A stretch of 64,000 nt of DNA from an uncultured Phycisphaerales bacterium (GTDB taxonomy: Bacteria > Planctomycetota > Phycisphaerae > Tepidisphaerales > Tepidisphaeraceae): NCBI GenBank assembly GCA_963758525.1, contig CAVWVQ010000003.1:4672001-4736000 (forward strand), in the 5' to 3' direction. The notes beneath the pieces were generated by a model. It saw nothing but the letters and a program-made list of their open reading frames with translations, searched no databases and had not been told where the DNA came from. Below, piece after piece: positions 1 through 11,686 of this stretch. Positions within the stretch are counted from its first letter, which is position 1, and each line of letters begins with the position of its first letter. The position numbers were made by a program, and so were the translations under genes.

Positions 1-73
1 GCGCCATCTCGAGTCCGAATACTCGCTCCGCTGCGCGTCGCGGCTAACCCGATACGATCAGTCGCAGCGTGCT

Positions 74-2205
74 CTATCCAAGCTCTTCGAGAATCGCGTT
101 CTTCACATTGGTCGGAACCTGCGAATACTTTAGCGGCTCCATCACGGAACTGGCCCGGCCGGTGCTCATCGAGCGCAGTTCGGTGGTGTATCCGAACATC
201 TCGCTGAGCGGAACTTCCGCCTCGACAAAGCGCGTGTTGCCGCGCTGTTCGCTGTTGACGATCAAGCCGCGCCGGCGATTGAGGTCGCCGGTGACATTGC
301 CGACGAATTCCTCGGGCGTGGTCACAACGACCTTCATGATCGGCTCGAGCAGCGTCATTCCCGCCTTGGTGCACGCGTCCTTGAACGCGATCTGCCCGGC
401 AAGCTCGAAGGCAATCTGCGAGCTGTCCACCTGGTGATAGCTGCCGTCCACGAGCGTGACCTTGAGATTGATCATCGGGTAGTTGGCGAGCACGCCGGTC
501 TTGGCCGACATTCGCACGCCGTACTCGATCGACGGAATGAATTCCTTGGGGATCGAGCCGCCGAAGATCTTGTTTTCGAAAGCAACGCCATCGGCCCAGC
601 CCATCTTCTTGAGCGCTTCAGGCTCGACACCTTCGCCGGTGAACGGCTCGAGGTTGATCGAGCAGTCGCCGAACTGACCGCGGCCGCCGGACTGCTTCAC
701 GTGTTTGCCGCGAACGTTGAGCACGGTCTTGGTGATCGTCTCCTTGTAGGCGACCTTCGGCTTGCCGACCACCACGTCGACGTGGTGATCGCGCGTCAGG
801 CGCATGCGGAGAATTTCCAGGTGGAGTTCGCCCATCCCGGCGATGATCGTCTGGCCGGTTTCGTCGTCGTACTTCGCCTGGAACGTCGGATCTTCGCGCT
901 TGAGCGTGGTGAGCGCTTCGCCGAGTTTCTGCTTGTCGGCGGCCGTCTTCGGCTCGATCGACATGCTGATGACCGGTTCGGGGAACGTCGGACGCTCGAG
1001 GATGATCGGGTGATCCTGATCGCAGAGCGTATCGCCGGTCAGCGCATCCTTGACGCCGATGCACGCCACGATGTCGCCGGCTTCGGCTACGTCGATCGGA
1101 TTGCGGTCGGCGGCGTGCATCTGAAACATCCGGCTGACGTTCTCGCGCTTGTTGCGATTGGCGTTGAGCACGCGGCTCCCTTTTTCCAGCCGGCCGCTGT
1201 AGACGCGCACGTACGTCAGATCGCCATGCTGGTCGCTGACGATCTTGAACGCGAGTCCGCTGAACGGCTCGGTCGGATCGGAATGACGCAAGAGGACCTT
1301 GTCAGGGTCCTTCAGGTCATGTCCCTGGATCGGCGGGATGTCCATCGGGCTTGGCAGATAGTCGATGACCCCGTCGATCAGACGCTGCACGCCGACGTAC
1401 TTCAGCGCCGACCCGGTGAAGACCGGGTGCAGTTTGAAAGAAATCGTGGCGGCGCGGCAGCGGCGCGGAGTTCGGCTTCGGTGATCTCGACGCCGTTGAG
1501 GAATTTCTCCGTGAGCGTGTCGTCCGTTTCGGCAACGCGCTCGATCAGCGTGGTCTTCCACTTCTCGTAGCGCGCCTTTTCCTCTTCAGGGATCGGCTTC
1601 TCGACGATTGTTTTCCCTTTGTCCTTGTCGTCGTCGAGCTTGTAATAAATCGCGACGCCGCGCAGCAGATCGATGATCCCCTTAAAGGTGTCGCTCTGCC
1701 CGATGGGAATCTGCACCGCGACGGCCGGAGCGCCCAGACGCTCGATGATGCTGTTGAAGCTGAAGTCGAAGTCCGCGCCAAGCTTGTCCATCTTGTTGAC
1801 GAAGCAGATGCGCGGCACGTTGTATTTGGTCGCCTGGCGCCAGACGGTTTCGGATTGCGCCTCGACGCCTTCCTTGCCATCGAATACCGCGACGGCCCCG
1901 TCGAGCACGCGCAGGGATCGCTCCACCTCGGCGGTGAAATCCACGTGGCCGGGCGTGTCGATCAGGTTGATCGTGTAGCGTTCGCCGTTGCGGTCCCACA
2001 AACAGGTGGTGGCGGCCGAGTTGATGGTGATGCCGCGCTTCTGCTCTTCTTCGTCAAAGTCCATGACGGCGGTTCCTTCGTGGACTTCGCCCATCTTATG
2101 AATCTTGCCGGTGTAATAGAGGATGCGCTCGGAGACGGTGGTCTTTCCGGCGTCAATGTGAGCGGCAATTCCGATATTCCGAGTCTTCGTAAGGTCGCGT
2201 GACAT
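74..2205 (-). CDS. fusA: Elongation factor G, split by an apparent 1-nt deletion near 1457
   Basis: ORF 1402..2256 has [26 protein letters not shown] 74..1561 has [26 protein letters not shown]. Start [12 protein letters not shown] at 2205. Confidence 0.95.
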
Positions 2206-2741
2206 AGGTCGTTTCCTTCTCCAACACAAAACCCGCGGAAGCCTTTTCCGCGGCAATCAACGAAATCATTCGCGACTGCCGGCTCCCGATAAACACCGGG
2301 ATCGGCCCTGCGGGTCAAAGATCGCGCCAGGCAATACCGCCTGCCGGCGATCCGAGCTTCGATTGTCGCTTTCCGAAGCCCCCAGACGATCAATTCATCC
2401 GGTTTCCGCATGGTCGGCTCAGTCTGACCATGCAGGGGTTCGGTCAGCATGAGCCATCAATGTGGCTCGATCTTCACGTTATCTCCTGTCAATAACTGCA
2501 TATCGACTATACGCGCGCACGCAGGCGAAGTTTACTGGCAACCCAGCCTCGTCAACGACAGATAGTGGGGAGAGAATGTACAGCCGGGCCGTTTCAGGTC
2601 AAGTTTTCCGCTTCGCAGTTTTCCGCTTCGCAGATTGCCGGGTGAATCAGCTCCCGATTTTTTGAGCACCCCTTCGCTGCCCTCCCCGTCACCATCAGGT
2701 TGTTCTAATGGCCGACCGCCGCAGATCACGTTGTGCATGTG

Positions 2742-3746
<1,005 letters not shown>

Positions 3747-3811
3747 GGGCGGAGATTAGCCTTGAACCGCAAAAACGTAAAGGTGAGTCTTTGGGAATGT
3801 GACACCGGTTG

Positions 3812-3826
3812 GCGATGGCAGTGCCA
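3812..3826 (-). promoter_or_regulatory. Possible sigma54 promoter for the methyltransferase
   Basis: TGGCAC-TGCCA-TCGC, one mismatch from TGGCAC-N5-TTGC, about 65 bp upstream of the ATG. Confidence 0.35.
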
Positions 3827-4122
3827 TTCAGCGTTTCTGCACGACATCGGAAAAGCAACCGATCCGCGGCCATGTGCGCCATGAGATCGGCAGCGCATCG
3901 CGCTATCGGGCGGATTGCGACAACGATGCTGAGGACCGCGGCGCTGGCGATTCCCTCTTCAAAGCCGGCCGTTTTGCGGCCAAAGTCCTGTTTGGAAAAG
4001 GTCCGAATTATGTTTGTTGAGCATCAAGGAAGGCTCTGTTTGGCACGATAAAAGAGTTAGCTGTACGCGCCATCTCGGTGCAGGGGTCACTCCTGCCTCC
4101 GGCTCATCGGATCGGTTATCAA

Positions 4123-5829
4123 ATGTTCGCAATAGCACGATTTGGGGGAATTGAAGCTCATCGCAAAGTTGCGCTGCTGAGCGCCGGGCTTTTAGCAACG
4201 ATGGGTCTGGTGGTGGCGGTGGGAGTCGTCGGGCTGCATCGGATCCAGGCTGGGGATGGCGCCGAACTCGACACGGAGGTGGGTGGCCTGCAGCTCATCC
4301 TGATGACGGACCGGGACCTTTACCAGGCTCAGCTCGCGCTGGAACAGGGGACAGGTTCGTCGGATCGCGCACGCCTCGAGACGCTCCTCAACGACTATCG
4401 CCAGAATGTGCGTGAGAGCGATTCCCGTTACGCACGGTTCGCTCAATTGGCCGCGCACAGCGATAATGAGAAGGCCCTGCGCAGCGCATATTTTTCAGCG
4501 CAAGCCCAATGGATCGAAGCAACCTCAAGATTCATCGACAGCAACCGTGCGCCTGCGGAGGGCGCCGGACGGCCCGCGCTGCTGGAGGAAGCCAGGACGT
4601 CCTTCAGGCGGGCGCATGAAGGCCTGGATCAGCTTGAAACTCTCTATGACGATTTGATCGCCGGTTCGTTTGCCGGCACTGCGGCCAACGCGCATCACAC
4701 GGAGAACACGCTGCTGGCATCACTCGGAGCGGCGCTGGCCGGCGGGTTGTTCGTGACGCGTTCGTGCGTGCGGGCCATTCGGGCGCAGCAGGACGCGATT
4801 AAAATGCGAAACGCTCAGCGCGAGACGGAGACGGCGCGCCGGGAGTTTGAAAGCCGGCTCGGCCACGGAATGGAGATGGCCCAGACCGAAGAGTCTGCGC
4901 GCGGCCTTGTGGAGGAGGTGCTGGCAGAAGTGGCTCCGGGAGCGCCGGCGGAAACGCTGTTGGCCGATTCGAGCAAGGCTCATCTGCATCGGGTGGCCAC
5001 AACGCAGCCGAAGGAGTCCGATCGACTTTGCGATGTCGTCAAGCCGTACGATTGCCCGGCTGTCCGTCGCGGGCAGAGCGTCCGCTTCAACACGAGCGAG
5101 TCCTTTGACACTTGCCCCCGTCTCAAAGGGCGCCCGAGCGGGCCCTGCTCAGCCCTGTGCGTCCCGCTGAGCATCATGGGAAAGACGGTCGGCGTTCTGC
5201 ACACGACTGGGCCGGACCGCTTGCCCCCTGGGGACGAACTGGCGGCTACGCTGGTTCAGATCGCGTCCAAGGCCGGGGACCGCATCGGCGTGCTGCGCGC
5301 CTTCCGAAAATCAGAGTCGCAGGCGTCGATCGATCCGCTCACGGGCCTGCTCAATCGACGAAGCTTTGAAGAACAGGTTCGCGATCTGGTCAAATCGGGA
5401 TCGCGTTTTGCCGTGGCGTACGGCGATCTGGATCACTTCAAGCGATTGAATGACACGCATGGACACGACACCGGCGACCGCTCATTGCGGCTGTTCAGCC
5501 GGACTCTTCGAGAGACGATCCGGCCGGGAGACGTGGCGGCCCGCTGGGGCGGTGAAGAGTTTGTGCTCCTGCTTCCCGATGCTTCCGCATCCGATGGAGC
5601 GGAGGTGTTGGAACGCATCCGCAAGAATCTGGCCATGGCTCAGCAAGCCGGAAAGATCCCGCCATTTACAGTCAGCTTCGGCATCGGCGATAACTACGAT
5701 GCTGCCGAGTTCACAGATCTCCTTGCCATGGCCGACGGCGCGCTGCTGACCGCCAAGCGAGCCGGCCGCGACCGCGTTGTGCTCGTGGGTCACGAACCCT
5801 CAAGCGGGCAGGCGACCAGGGCAGCATAA
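4123..5829 (+). CDS. Membrane diguanylate cyclase (helical periplasmic sensor, GAF-like region, GGDEF)
   Basis: Two hydrophobic segments; DPLTGLLNRR, DLDHFKRLND, RPGD I-site, RWGGEEF. Start uncertain. Confidence 0.9.
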   Translation: MFAIARFGGIEAHRKVALLSAGLLATMGLVVAVGVVGLHRIQAGDGAELDTEVGGLQLILMTDRDLYQAQLALEQGTGSSDRARLETLLNDYRQNVRESDSRYARFAQLAAHSDNEKALRSAYFSAQAQWIEATSRFIDSNRAPAEGAGRPALLEEARTSFRRAHEGLDQLETLYDDLIAGSFAGTAANAHHTENTLLASLGAALAGGLFVTRSCVRAIRAQQDAIKMRNAQRETETARREFESRLGHGMEMAQTEESARGLVEEVLAEVAPGAPAETLLADSSKAHLHRVATTQPKESDRLCDVVKPYDCPAVRRGQSVRFNTSESFDTCPRLKGRPSGPCSALCVPLSIMGKTVGVLHTTGPDRLPPGDELAATLVQIASKAGDRIGVLRAFRKSESQASIDPLTGLLNRRSFEEQVRDLVKSGSRFAVAYGDLDHFKRLNDTHGHDTGDRSLRLFSRTLRETIRPGDVAARWGGEEFVLLLPDASASDGAEVLERIRKNLAMAQQAGKIPPFTVSFGIGDNYDAAEFTDLLAMADGALLTAKRAGRDRVVLVGHEPSSGQATRAA

Positions 5830-5866
5830 AGATCCTGACGTTTATCACCATCCAACGCTCCGGTCC

Positions 5867-6054
5867 TCAGGCATCATCGAAAAGCGTCGGAACGCCTTTC
5901 GCGCTGATGTACACGCATGTTCCGGCGCGAATAATCAGGGCGTAGGGATGATCGACGTTGATCCTCTCGCCGTTGACGAAACGAACGGAAAAAGAGCGGG
6001 ACGGCCGTCGCCACTGATAGGCTTGCAGCGTTTGTCAGAATGCTGAGCGGTCAT
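5867..6054 (-). pseudogene. Small frameshifted hypothetical protein
   Basis: MTAQH.. then in another frame QTLQAYQWRRPSRSFSVRFVNGERINVDHPYALIIRAGTCVYISAKGVPTLFDDA*; resembles a small planctomycete protein family from memory. Confidence 0.4.
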
Positions 6055-6177
6055 GCCGTAGACTATAGCGTAGCCGTCTCGGCTGTGGTCAGAAATCACA
6101 GCCGAGACGGCTGTGATACGGCGGAATCGCCGCTGGACTGAAAACGGAGCGGTGCTCGCACCCTCGATCCTTCTCAA

Positions 6178-8166
6178 TCATGCCCCGACCGCCTGCGCCG
6201 ATGTGTGCGAAGCCGATTCGTCGGGAAGCACATCCACGCGAATTTCGGGCGGCAGCAGCTCTTCAAGCTGGGTGTGAAAAGACCCCTTGATCAGATGATA
6301 CAGCGTGCCCTTCCGGCTGGTGCCGATGAGGATTCGTTCGCAGCCGGTGATGGCGGCGGCTTCGGCAATCAGCTCGGCGGGGTGGTCGCCGCTGTCGTAG
6401 ACGGGAAGAATCGGAACGCCCATCTCATGACCCATGTCGAGAAATCTGGCGAACGTGCGCAGGGCGGCCAGATCGGTTTCCATATTGAGCGAGGTTTCAA
6501 AGTTGCGCGCGATGCGGACCGAGCGAATGAAGCAGACGACCAGGGTTGCGCCGCTGCGCCGGGCCTCACTGAGGGCGGCGTGGGCAAGCGCGGTTGAGCC
6601 GTAGGTTCCCAGCAGAATCTTCGGCTTGGCCATCGCTTCGCTGGTGAGCTGCTGAACGATCGCCTGCGAGAGCAGGCTTGTCTTGGGACCCTTGCGCGTG
6701 CCCAGCCAGCGGTTGAGCTGCCGGGCGGCCAGGCCGACGACCATTACGATGGTGACGAACAGCAGCGCTTCGCGTTTGACATAGGCGAGCGTCACCCAGA
6801 TGACAAGCAATACCGCGGCGAGCATCATCATCGGAATCTTGCGGCGATAGCGGCGCAGCCGGGGGTGAAACGAGACCAGCGAGATATTGATGGCGACAGC
6901 GCCGATGACGCCGATGGCGTAGAGGGCCGCGAGCTGGTCGAGGTTGTGGATGATCAGCAGGACGAGAATCGGGACGCTGGTCGCCAGGACGGCGGGAAGC
7001 CACGGGACGCCAAAGCGGTTGAGCTGGACCATCGCCGACGGCAGTTCGCCGTCGCGCGCCATCAGATATTGGATCGACGTCATTCCCGAGATGGCGGTAT
7101 TGCCGGCAGAGAGCAGGAGCACTCCGCCGATGATTCTCACCGCGTACTCACCCCAAATCCCGACGTATTTTCCCGTGAGGAATGCGGCCATGTCTTCGAG
7201 ATGGGCGTCGCGGTTCAGCGGGTAGATGGCCAGCATGCAGATGGCGAGAATGATGTTGAAGAGGGCGACTTCGCCCGCCACGACCCAGATCGCCTTTGCG
7301 GCGGTCTTCGCCACCGGGCGCGACATGACGCCGGTGAGGTTGGCGATGGCTTCCACGCCGCTCAGCGCCAGCACAATCGAAACGAAGGCCACCCAGACCT
7401 CGCCCGGCTGCGAGAAGTCCGGCTTGCCGATGCGGTGGGGGAGATCATGCCAGGGGATCTGCGGAAGCGCGGCCGCTGAGATCAGCAGCGTGATGAAGAT
7501 CATCCCGATGGCTGCCCCGATGGCAAAGCCCCCGCTGTGCCTGGGGCCGAGCAGGTTCAGTGCGCCAATCGCGGCGATCGCGACGATCGCCCACAGGCCC
7601 GGAGAATCGAGGGTAAAGAGTCCCTCCGCTTCCGACTTGGGGCTTTCGCGTTTGGGGTCGAGCATCTTTCCGGCATCGACGTGGCGATTGGTGTCGTAAC
7701 TGTGATCTGCCAGGCGGACCGCTGCCGGAGGCGTGCCGCCAGTGTCGGCGGGCGTTTCCACCTGCTGCACGTGATGGTGCAGCGGCAGACCGAAATAATG
7801 GAACGCATCGAGACAACTGAGGCTCGCGGTTACCGTGTAATCGGCGAAGAGCAGCAGCGCGCCCACGACCGCAAGCGTCCGGCTCGTCTGCTTTGCGGCG
7901 GTGTAGACGCCGCCTCCATCAGGATAGATGCGGCAAATCTGAGAATAGGCCCATGCCACCGCAAGAATCAGCAAGCTCATCGCGGCGATGAGCCAGAAGC
8001 TGGTTCTGCCGGCAAAAAACAATGCCAGGCCGAGGACATAGAGCCGGCTGGTGCCCCAGTCGCCAAAGAGCAGACCTGCCGCCTGAACCCAGCCGATATT
8101 TCGAGGACGTTCACTGGAAAGCAGACTTAATGCCAATGGCTTATTCGAGTGCTCTACGGTGCTCAT
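6178..8166 (-). CDS. APC-superfamily permease with C-terminal USP-like domain
   Basis: About 12 hydrophobic segments, YPDGGGVY, LSGVEAIAN, GDWGTSRLY; soluble tail PAELIAEAAAITGCERILIG. Confidence 0.85.
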   Translation of the reverse strand: MSTVEHSNKPLALSLLSSERPRNIGWVQAAGLLFGDWGTSRLYVLGLALFFAGRTSFWLIAAMSLLILAVAWAYSQICRIYPDGGGVYTAAKQTSRTLAVVGALLLFADYTVTASLSCLDAFHYFGLPLHHHVQQVETPADTGGTPPAAVRLADHSYDTNRHVDAGKMLDPKRESPKSEAEGLFTLDSPGLWAIVAIAAIGALNLLGPRHSGGFAIGAAIGMIFITLLISAAALPQIPWHDLPHRIGKPDFSQPGEVWVAFVSIVLALSGVEAIANLTGVMSRPVAKTAAKAIWVVAGEVALFNIILAICMLAIYPLNRDAHLEDMAAFLTGKYVGIWGEYAVRIIGGVLLLSAGNTAISGMTSIQYLMARDGELPSAMVQLNRFGVPWLPAVLATSVPILVLLIIHNLDQLAALYAIGVIGAVAINISLVSFHPRLRRYRRKIPMMMLAAVLLVIWVTLAYVKREALLFVTIVMVVGLAARQLNRWLGTRKGPKTSLLSQAIVQQLTSEAMAKPKILLGTYGSTALAHAALSEARRSGATLVVCFIRSVRIARNFETSLNMETDLAALRTFARFLDMGHEMGVPILPVYDSGDHPAELIAEAAAITGCERILIGTSRKGTLYHLIKGSFHTQLEELLPPEIRVDVLPDESASHTSAQAVGA

Positions 8167-8192
8167 ACGGCATTCCTCGGCCTCCGCAACAG

Positions 8193-8229
8193 AAAAAACG
8201 CCCGGGAGCCGGTGAAGGCTTCCGAGCGT
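8193..8229 (-). terminator. Intrinsic terminator after the P-II gene
   Basis: ACGCTCGGAAGCC/GGCTCCCGGGCGT stem followed by a T run on the minus strand. Confidence 0.7.
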
Positions 8230-8276
8230 GTTGAATGTCTCAACGCTGCAGCGCGTTATTATACATCATGTCCGGC

Positions 8277-8630
8277 TCACGGGCCAATCGCAACAGTTCC
8301 GCTTTCGCCAGTCCGTATACGATAGGCTTCGTTCAGATCGAGAACGAAAATCTTCCCGTCGCCGATGCGCCCGCCGCCCTCGGAGCGGGCGGCTTTGAGA
8401 ATCGCGTCAACGGTCGGCTTCACATACGCCTCGTTGACGGCGATCTCGAGCTTCACCTTGGAAAGAAGGCGGATGACGCCTTTGTTGCCCCGGTACGATT
8501 CAGAGTAGCCGCGCTGGCTTCCGCATCCACGAACGTCGGATGCGGTCATCAGATAGACCTGCTTTTCGTCCAGTGCATCCTGCACCGACTCGAGTTTTTC
8601 AGGGCGGATAATTGCAACGATCAGTTTCAT
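8277..8630 (-). CDS. glnK: P-II nitrogen regulatory protein
   Basis: MKLIVAIIRPEKL, T-loop YRG, IGDGKIFV, RIRTGE; next to amt. Confidence 0.93.
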   Translation of the reverse strand: MKLIVAIIRPEKLESVQDALDEKQVYLMTASDVRGCGSQRGYSESYRGNKGVIRLLSKVKLEIAVNEAYVKPTVDAILKAARSEGGGRIGDGKIFVLDLNEAYRIRTGESGTVAIGP

Positions 8631-8657
8631 GTACGAATCTCCAATTTGCCTGAAGCA

Positions 8658-8694
8658 ATCGGCGGGTCGGATCGAAACAACCCGACCCGCCGAT
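8658..8694. other. 13-bp perfect hairpin between amt and P-II
   Basis: ATCGGCGGGTCGG / CCGACCCGCCGAT. Confidence 0.6.
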
Positions 8695-8734
8695 CACGTT
8701 CACTGTTCAACTCCAATTGACTACACGCGAAGTG

Positions 8735-10498
8735 TCATCTTGACGCCAGCACTTCTTCCCGCGCCATCTCGGGCGGGAGAACGCCGATTGTATCGCGCGG
8801 CATGCCGCGAGGTGAGGCCAGGGCCGAGATAACATACTCGGGATAGGCCGAGATGCCATGCTCGTGAATGTCCAGACCTTCCTTTTCGCCATGTTCGGAA
8901 ATGCGAAGCCGGCCGAACAGATTGAGGATGGCGAAGATGAGCATCGCGATACCGAAGGTTGCCGCGCAGATGATCGCGCTGCCGATGGCCTGGGCGATCA
9001 GCAGCGTGGTGCCGCCGTGATAGAACAACCCGGCGAGTCCCTGCCCGGCAGCGACGACCGGAACGCCGTTCGGCGAGCTGCCGGTGGCCTGGTAGTCGCC
9101 GCAAGCAAACAGCCCCAGGGACAGTGTCCCCCAGATGCCGCAGAGCCCGTGAACAGGCCACGCGCCGATGGGGTCATCGATGCGGAGGAATTCAAGGAGA
9201 TCCACGCCGAGGATGACGATCACGCCAGCGATTGCGCCGAGGATGCACGCGCCGGTCGGGCTGACCCAGTAGCAGGGGCACGTGATGGCGACCAGGCCGG
9301 CGAGGAAGCCGTTGGTGATGGCGGCGGCGTCCCATTTCCCGATGCGCAGGTAGATGAAGAACTCAGCCGCCAAACCGCCCGTGCATGCAGCGAGGGTGGT
9401 GTTGGCGGAGATTCGGCCGATACCGCCGAAATCCATCGCCGACAGTGAGGAGCCGGGGTTGAAGCCGTACCACCCGAACCACAGGAGGAAACCGCCGATG
9501 ACACCCATGACCAGGTCATGCGGCAGCATCGGGCCGCCGCCGTCGCGCTTGAACTTGCGACCGAGCCTTGGCCCGAGCATGATTCCGCCCGCCAAAGCGA
9601 TCCAGCCGCCGATGGAATGCACCACCGTCGAACCGGCGAAGTCGTGGAAGTACTGATTCACGCCCGGCAGGAAGTGAGTGTAATTCTCCCAAGCGGCCGG
9701 GGCGTTTTGAGCGCCCATCGTATAGAGGAACCCGTCGGGTCCCCACGCCCAGTGGCCGATGATCGGATAGATGAAGCCCGAGACGCAGATGGAATAGAGG
9801 ATATCGCCGATGAAGTCGGTTCGGCCGATCATCGTGCCCGAGCAAATCGTCGACGCGCAGTCAGCGAAGGCGAACTGGAAGACCCAGTGCGCCAGGACGG
9901 GAACGCCGGTGGTCCCGTAGACGGTCATTGCCGTTACGCCCTTGAGAAAGAACCAGTTGGTGGTCGGTTGGCCCGCGACATCGTTCGGATCGTGCCACCC
10001 GATGAAACCATTTCCCTGGCCGAACATGAAGGCATAGCCCCACGTGTAGTACAGGAACCCGCAAAGGCAGGTGTCGAAGACGCATTCGACCAGCACGTTG
10101 ACGGTTTCGCGCGAACGGCAGAAGCCCGCTTCGAGCATCGTGAACCCTGCCTGCATGGCGAAGACCAGAAAGGCAGCGACTAACGTCCAGATGGTGTTGA
10201 TCGGATTGATCAGCGGATTCTTGGTGATGTCTGTCAGATCGGGAATTGATGCGATCGAAGGACCGGCCGGCGCACTGGCCGCGGGCGCCGCCGCCTGCGC
10301 GTGGACCGTTCCGCTGATCATTCCGGGGATTACCGCCACCCCCACGATGACAACGGCCAGCAAAGCCAGGCCCAGCATCTTGCCGGCCAGAAGCGTTCGC
10401 CCATACCTCCGCCATTCGGGGTCTTTCAGGCGATCACCTAATCGGGCGAGCTTTCGCCCAAAGGTAAGTCTGTCTGCCTTTAACAACTTGGAACGCAT
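8735..10498 (-). CDS. amtB: Ammonium transporter (Amt family) 1
   Basis: MQAGFTMLEAG, DFAGSTVVH, WFGWYGFNPGS, DDPIGAWPVHG (both pore His); AAGGAG before the ATG at 10498. Confidence 0.95.
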   Translation of the reverse strand: MRSKLLKADRLTFGRKLARLGDRLKDPEWRRYGRTLLAGKMLGLALLAVVIVGVAVIPGMISGTVHAQAAAPAASAPAGPSIASIPDLTDITKNPLINPINTIWTLVAAFLVFAMQAGFTMLEAGFCRSRETVNVLVECVFDTCLCGFLYYTWGYAFMFGQGNGFIGWHDPNDVAGQPTTNWFFLKGVTAMTVYGTTGVPVLAHWVFQFAFADCASTICSGTMIGRTDFIGDILYSICVSGFIYPIIGHWAWGPDGFLYTMGAQNAPAAWENYTHFLPGVNQYFHDFAGSTVVHSIGGWIALAGGIMLGPRLGRKFKRDGGGPMLPHDLVMGVIGGFLLWFGWYGFNPGSSLSAMDFGGIGRISANTTLAACTGGLAAEFFIYLRIGKWDAAAITNGFLAGLVAITCPCYWVSPTGACILGAIAGVIVILGVDLLEFLRIDDPIGAWPVHGLCGIWGTLSLGLFACGDYQATGSSPNGVPVVAAGQGLAGLFYHGGTTLLIAQAIGSAIICAATFGIAMLIFAILNLFGRLRISEHGEKEGLDIHEHGISAYPEYVISALASPRGMPRDTIGVLPPEMAREEVLASR

Positions 10499-10607
10499 AC
10501 CACTGCTCCTTGAAGAGGGTTGATCCCGCCGAGACGGGCACACTTACATACACTGGATGCGCCGCGATCAACGCGGGCCGGGCGCAGCCTTCTGATACGG
10601 TCACATG

Positions 10608-10622
10608 GCAAAGGTAGTGCCA
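10608..10622 (-). promoter_or_regulatory. sigma54 (-24/-12) promoter of amt1
   Basis: TGGCAC-TACCT-TTGC, full consensus match. Confidence 0.8.
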
Positions 10623-10674
10623 TGCCATCGGGCGCCGATGCCGGTGCGTCGGCGAACCGCGGGGCGGCAACATC

Positions 10675-10689
10675 GCCTAGTAAATGGGC
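10675..10689. promoter_or_regulatory. Candidate NtrC-type enhancer site
   Basis: GCCT-AGTAAAT-GGGC; a similar site GCCT-ATCTTAT-GGGC is at 11014-11028. Confidence 0.5.
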
Positions 10690-11173
10690 GGCGGGAAAGT
10701 CCTGTGCGCCTGATCCCCCGGTGCCCCCGCGGTGCCGGACGGGACGGTGGCAGGCGGCGGAGGACATTTTTCCCGCGGAAAGGCTGGCGAAATGAACGGT
10801 ATCTGGGCGACGGAGGACTCGCGCAACATGAGGTGCTCAACACGCCGGCAGACAAGATACACCCGCCTCCTGCGCGAATTGGGCGAAACGGATCGGAGGT
10901 GCGCTGCTGACAAATCCGGCTCGGGTCGCAGCGTGTGTTGCAATTTGTAACCGATGGGTCGCGCCGCAAAAGGTCTCAACCTTATGCAGGCACTTGGACG
11001 TGCCGGGAGGGGTGCCTATCTTATGGGCGGTTGTTGCAGCACGCCGACCCCTCAGAATTTGCGCGCCCGAGCGCGTCGAAAACCGCCGGTCGGCCGCTGC
11101 TTATTGCAGCGTTCAGATCGCCGGGCGAGTGCGTTCGCACTTGCCGGCATCCTGGCGAACCTTCGTGCGGGCA

Positions 11174-11407
11174 TCAACGTATTTTCAGCCCGAGATCCGG
11201 AAGGTCCTTCGTACCCTTCTTCGATCGCTGGAACTTACTGCGGAGCCGAATCCCCCAGGCGGCTCCGACTACCGCGAACACCTGCATGATCAGCCAGTAA
11301 GAGGCCATTGTCTGTGCCGGCATGTGAACGCCGAAATATCCGATCAGGCAGATGGTCAGAATCATCAACTGGATGGGAACAAACGTCTTGCGATATTGCT
11401 TCCACAT
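11174..11407 (-). CDS. Small two-TM membrane protein
   Basis: 77 aa, two hydrophobic stretches, AGGAG upstream. Confidence 0.65.
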   Translation of the reverse strand: MWKQYRKTFVPIQLMILTICLIGYFGVHMPAQTMASYWLIMQVFAVVGAAWGIRLRSKFQRSKKGTKDLPDLGLKIR

Positions 11408-11425
11408 AATGATTGCTCCTTGCCT

Positions 11426-11665
11426 TCAAACCGAGGCTTCGATTCGAACATCCGCCTTGCGACGCGTGACATAGACCCGAAAGTCGTGATCCAAAAGGAT
11501 TTTGAACACGGGTGCCCAGGGAAACGCCCTGGTGTGGTAGACTTCGAGTCTGAATCCGCCCATGGATTCCTGGAGGCCGCCGGTGTCTCCCATGAGATAT
11601 CGCAGGGTCTGGGCGATATCCACGCGGGGGTCCGCGTTCGGCGAGTTTTGTCTGGCATCCATCAC
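11426..11665 (-). CDS. Small hypothetical protein
   Basis: 79 aa, closely packed between the P-II gene and the membrane protein. Confidence 0.6.
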   Translation of the reverse strand: MMDARQNSPNADPRVDIAQTLRYLMGDTGGLQESMGGFRLEVYHTRAFPWAPVFKILLDHDFRVYVTRRKADVRIEASV

Positions 11666-11686
11666 TGGTTCACCCTGCGGCCAAAG

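Noticed and set aside
1440..1470. Programmed frameshift in fusA
   Set aside because: No slippery sequence; one added base restores EF-G, like the many other indels.
2604..2633. 15-bp tandem duplication TTTTCCGCTTCGCAG upstream of fusA
   Set aside because: Only two copies and no supportable function.
4040..4055. sigma54 promoter for the diguanylate cyclase
   Set aside because: TGGCACG is present but the -12 TTGC is missing at the required spacing.
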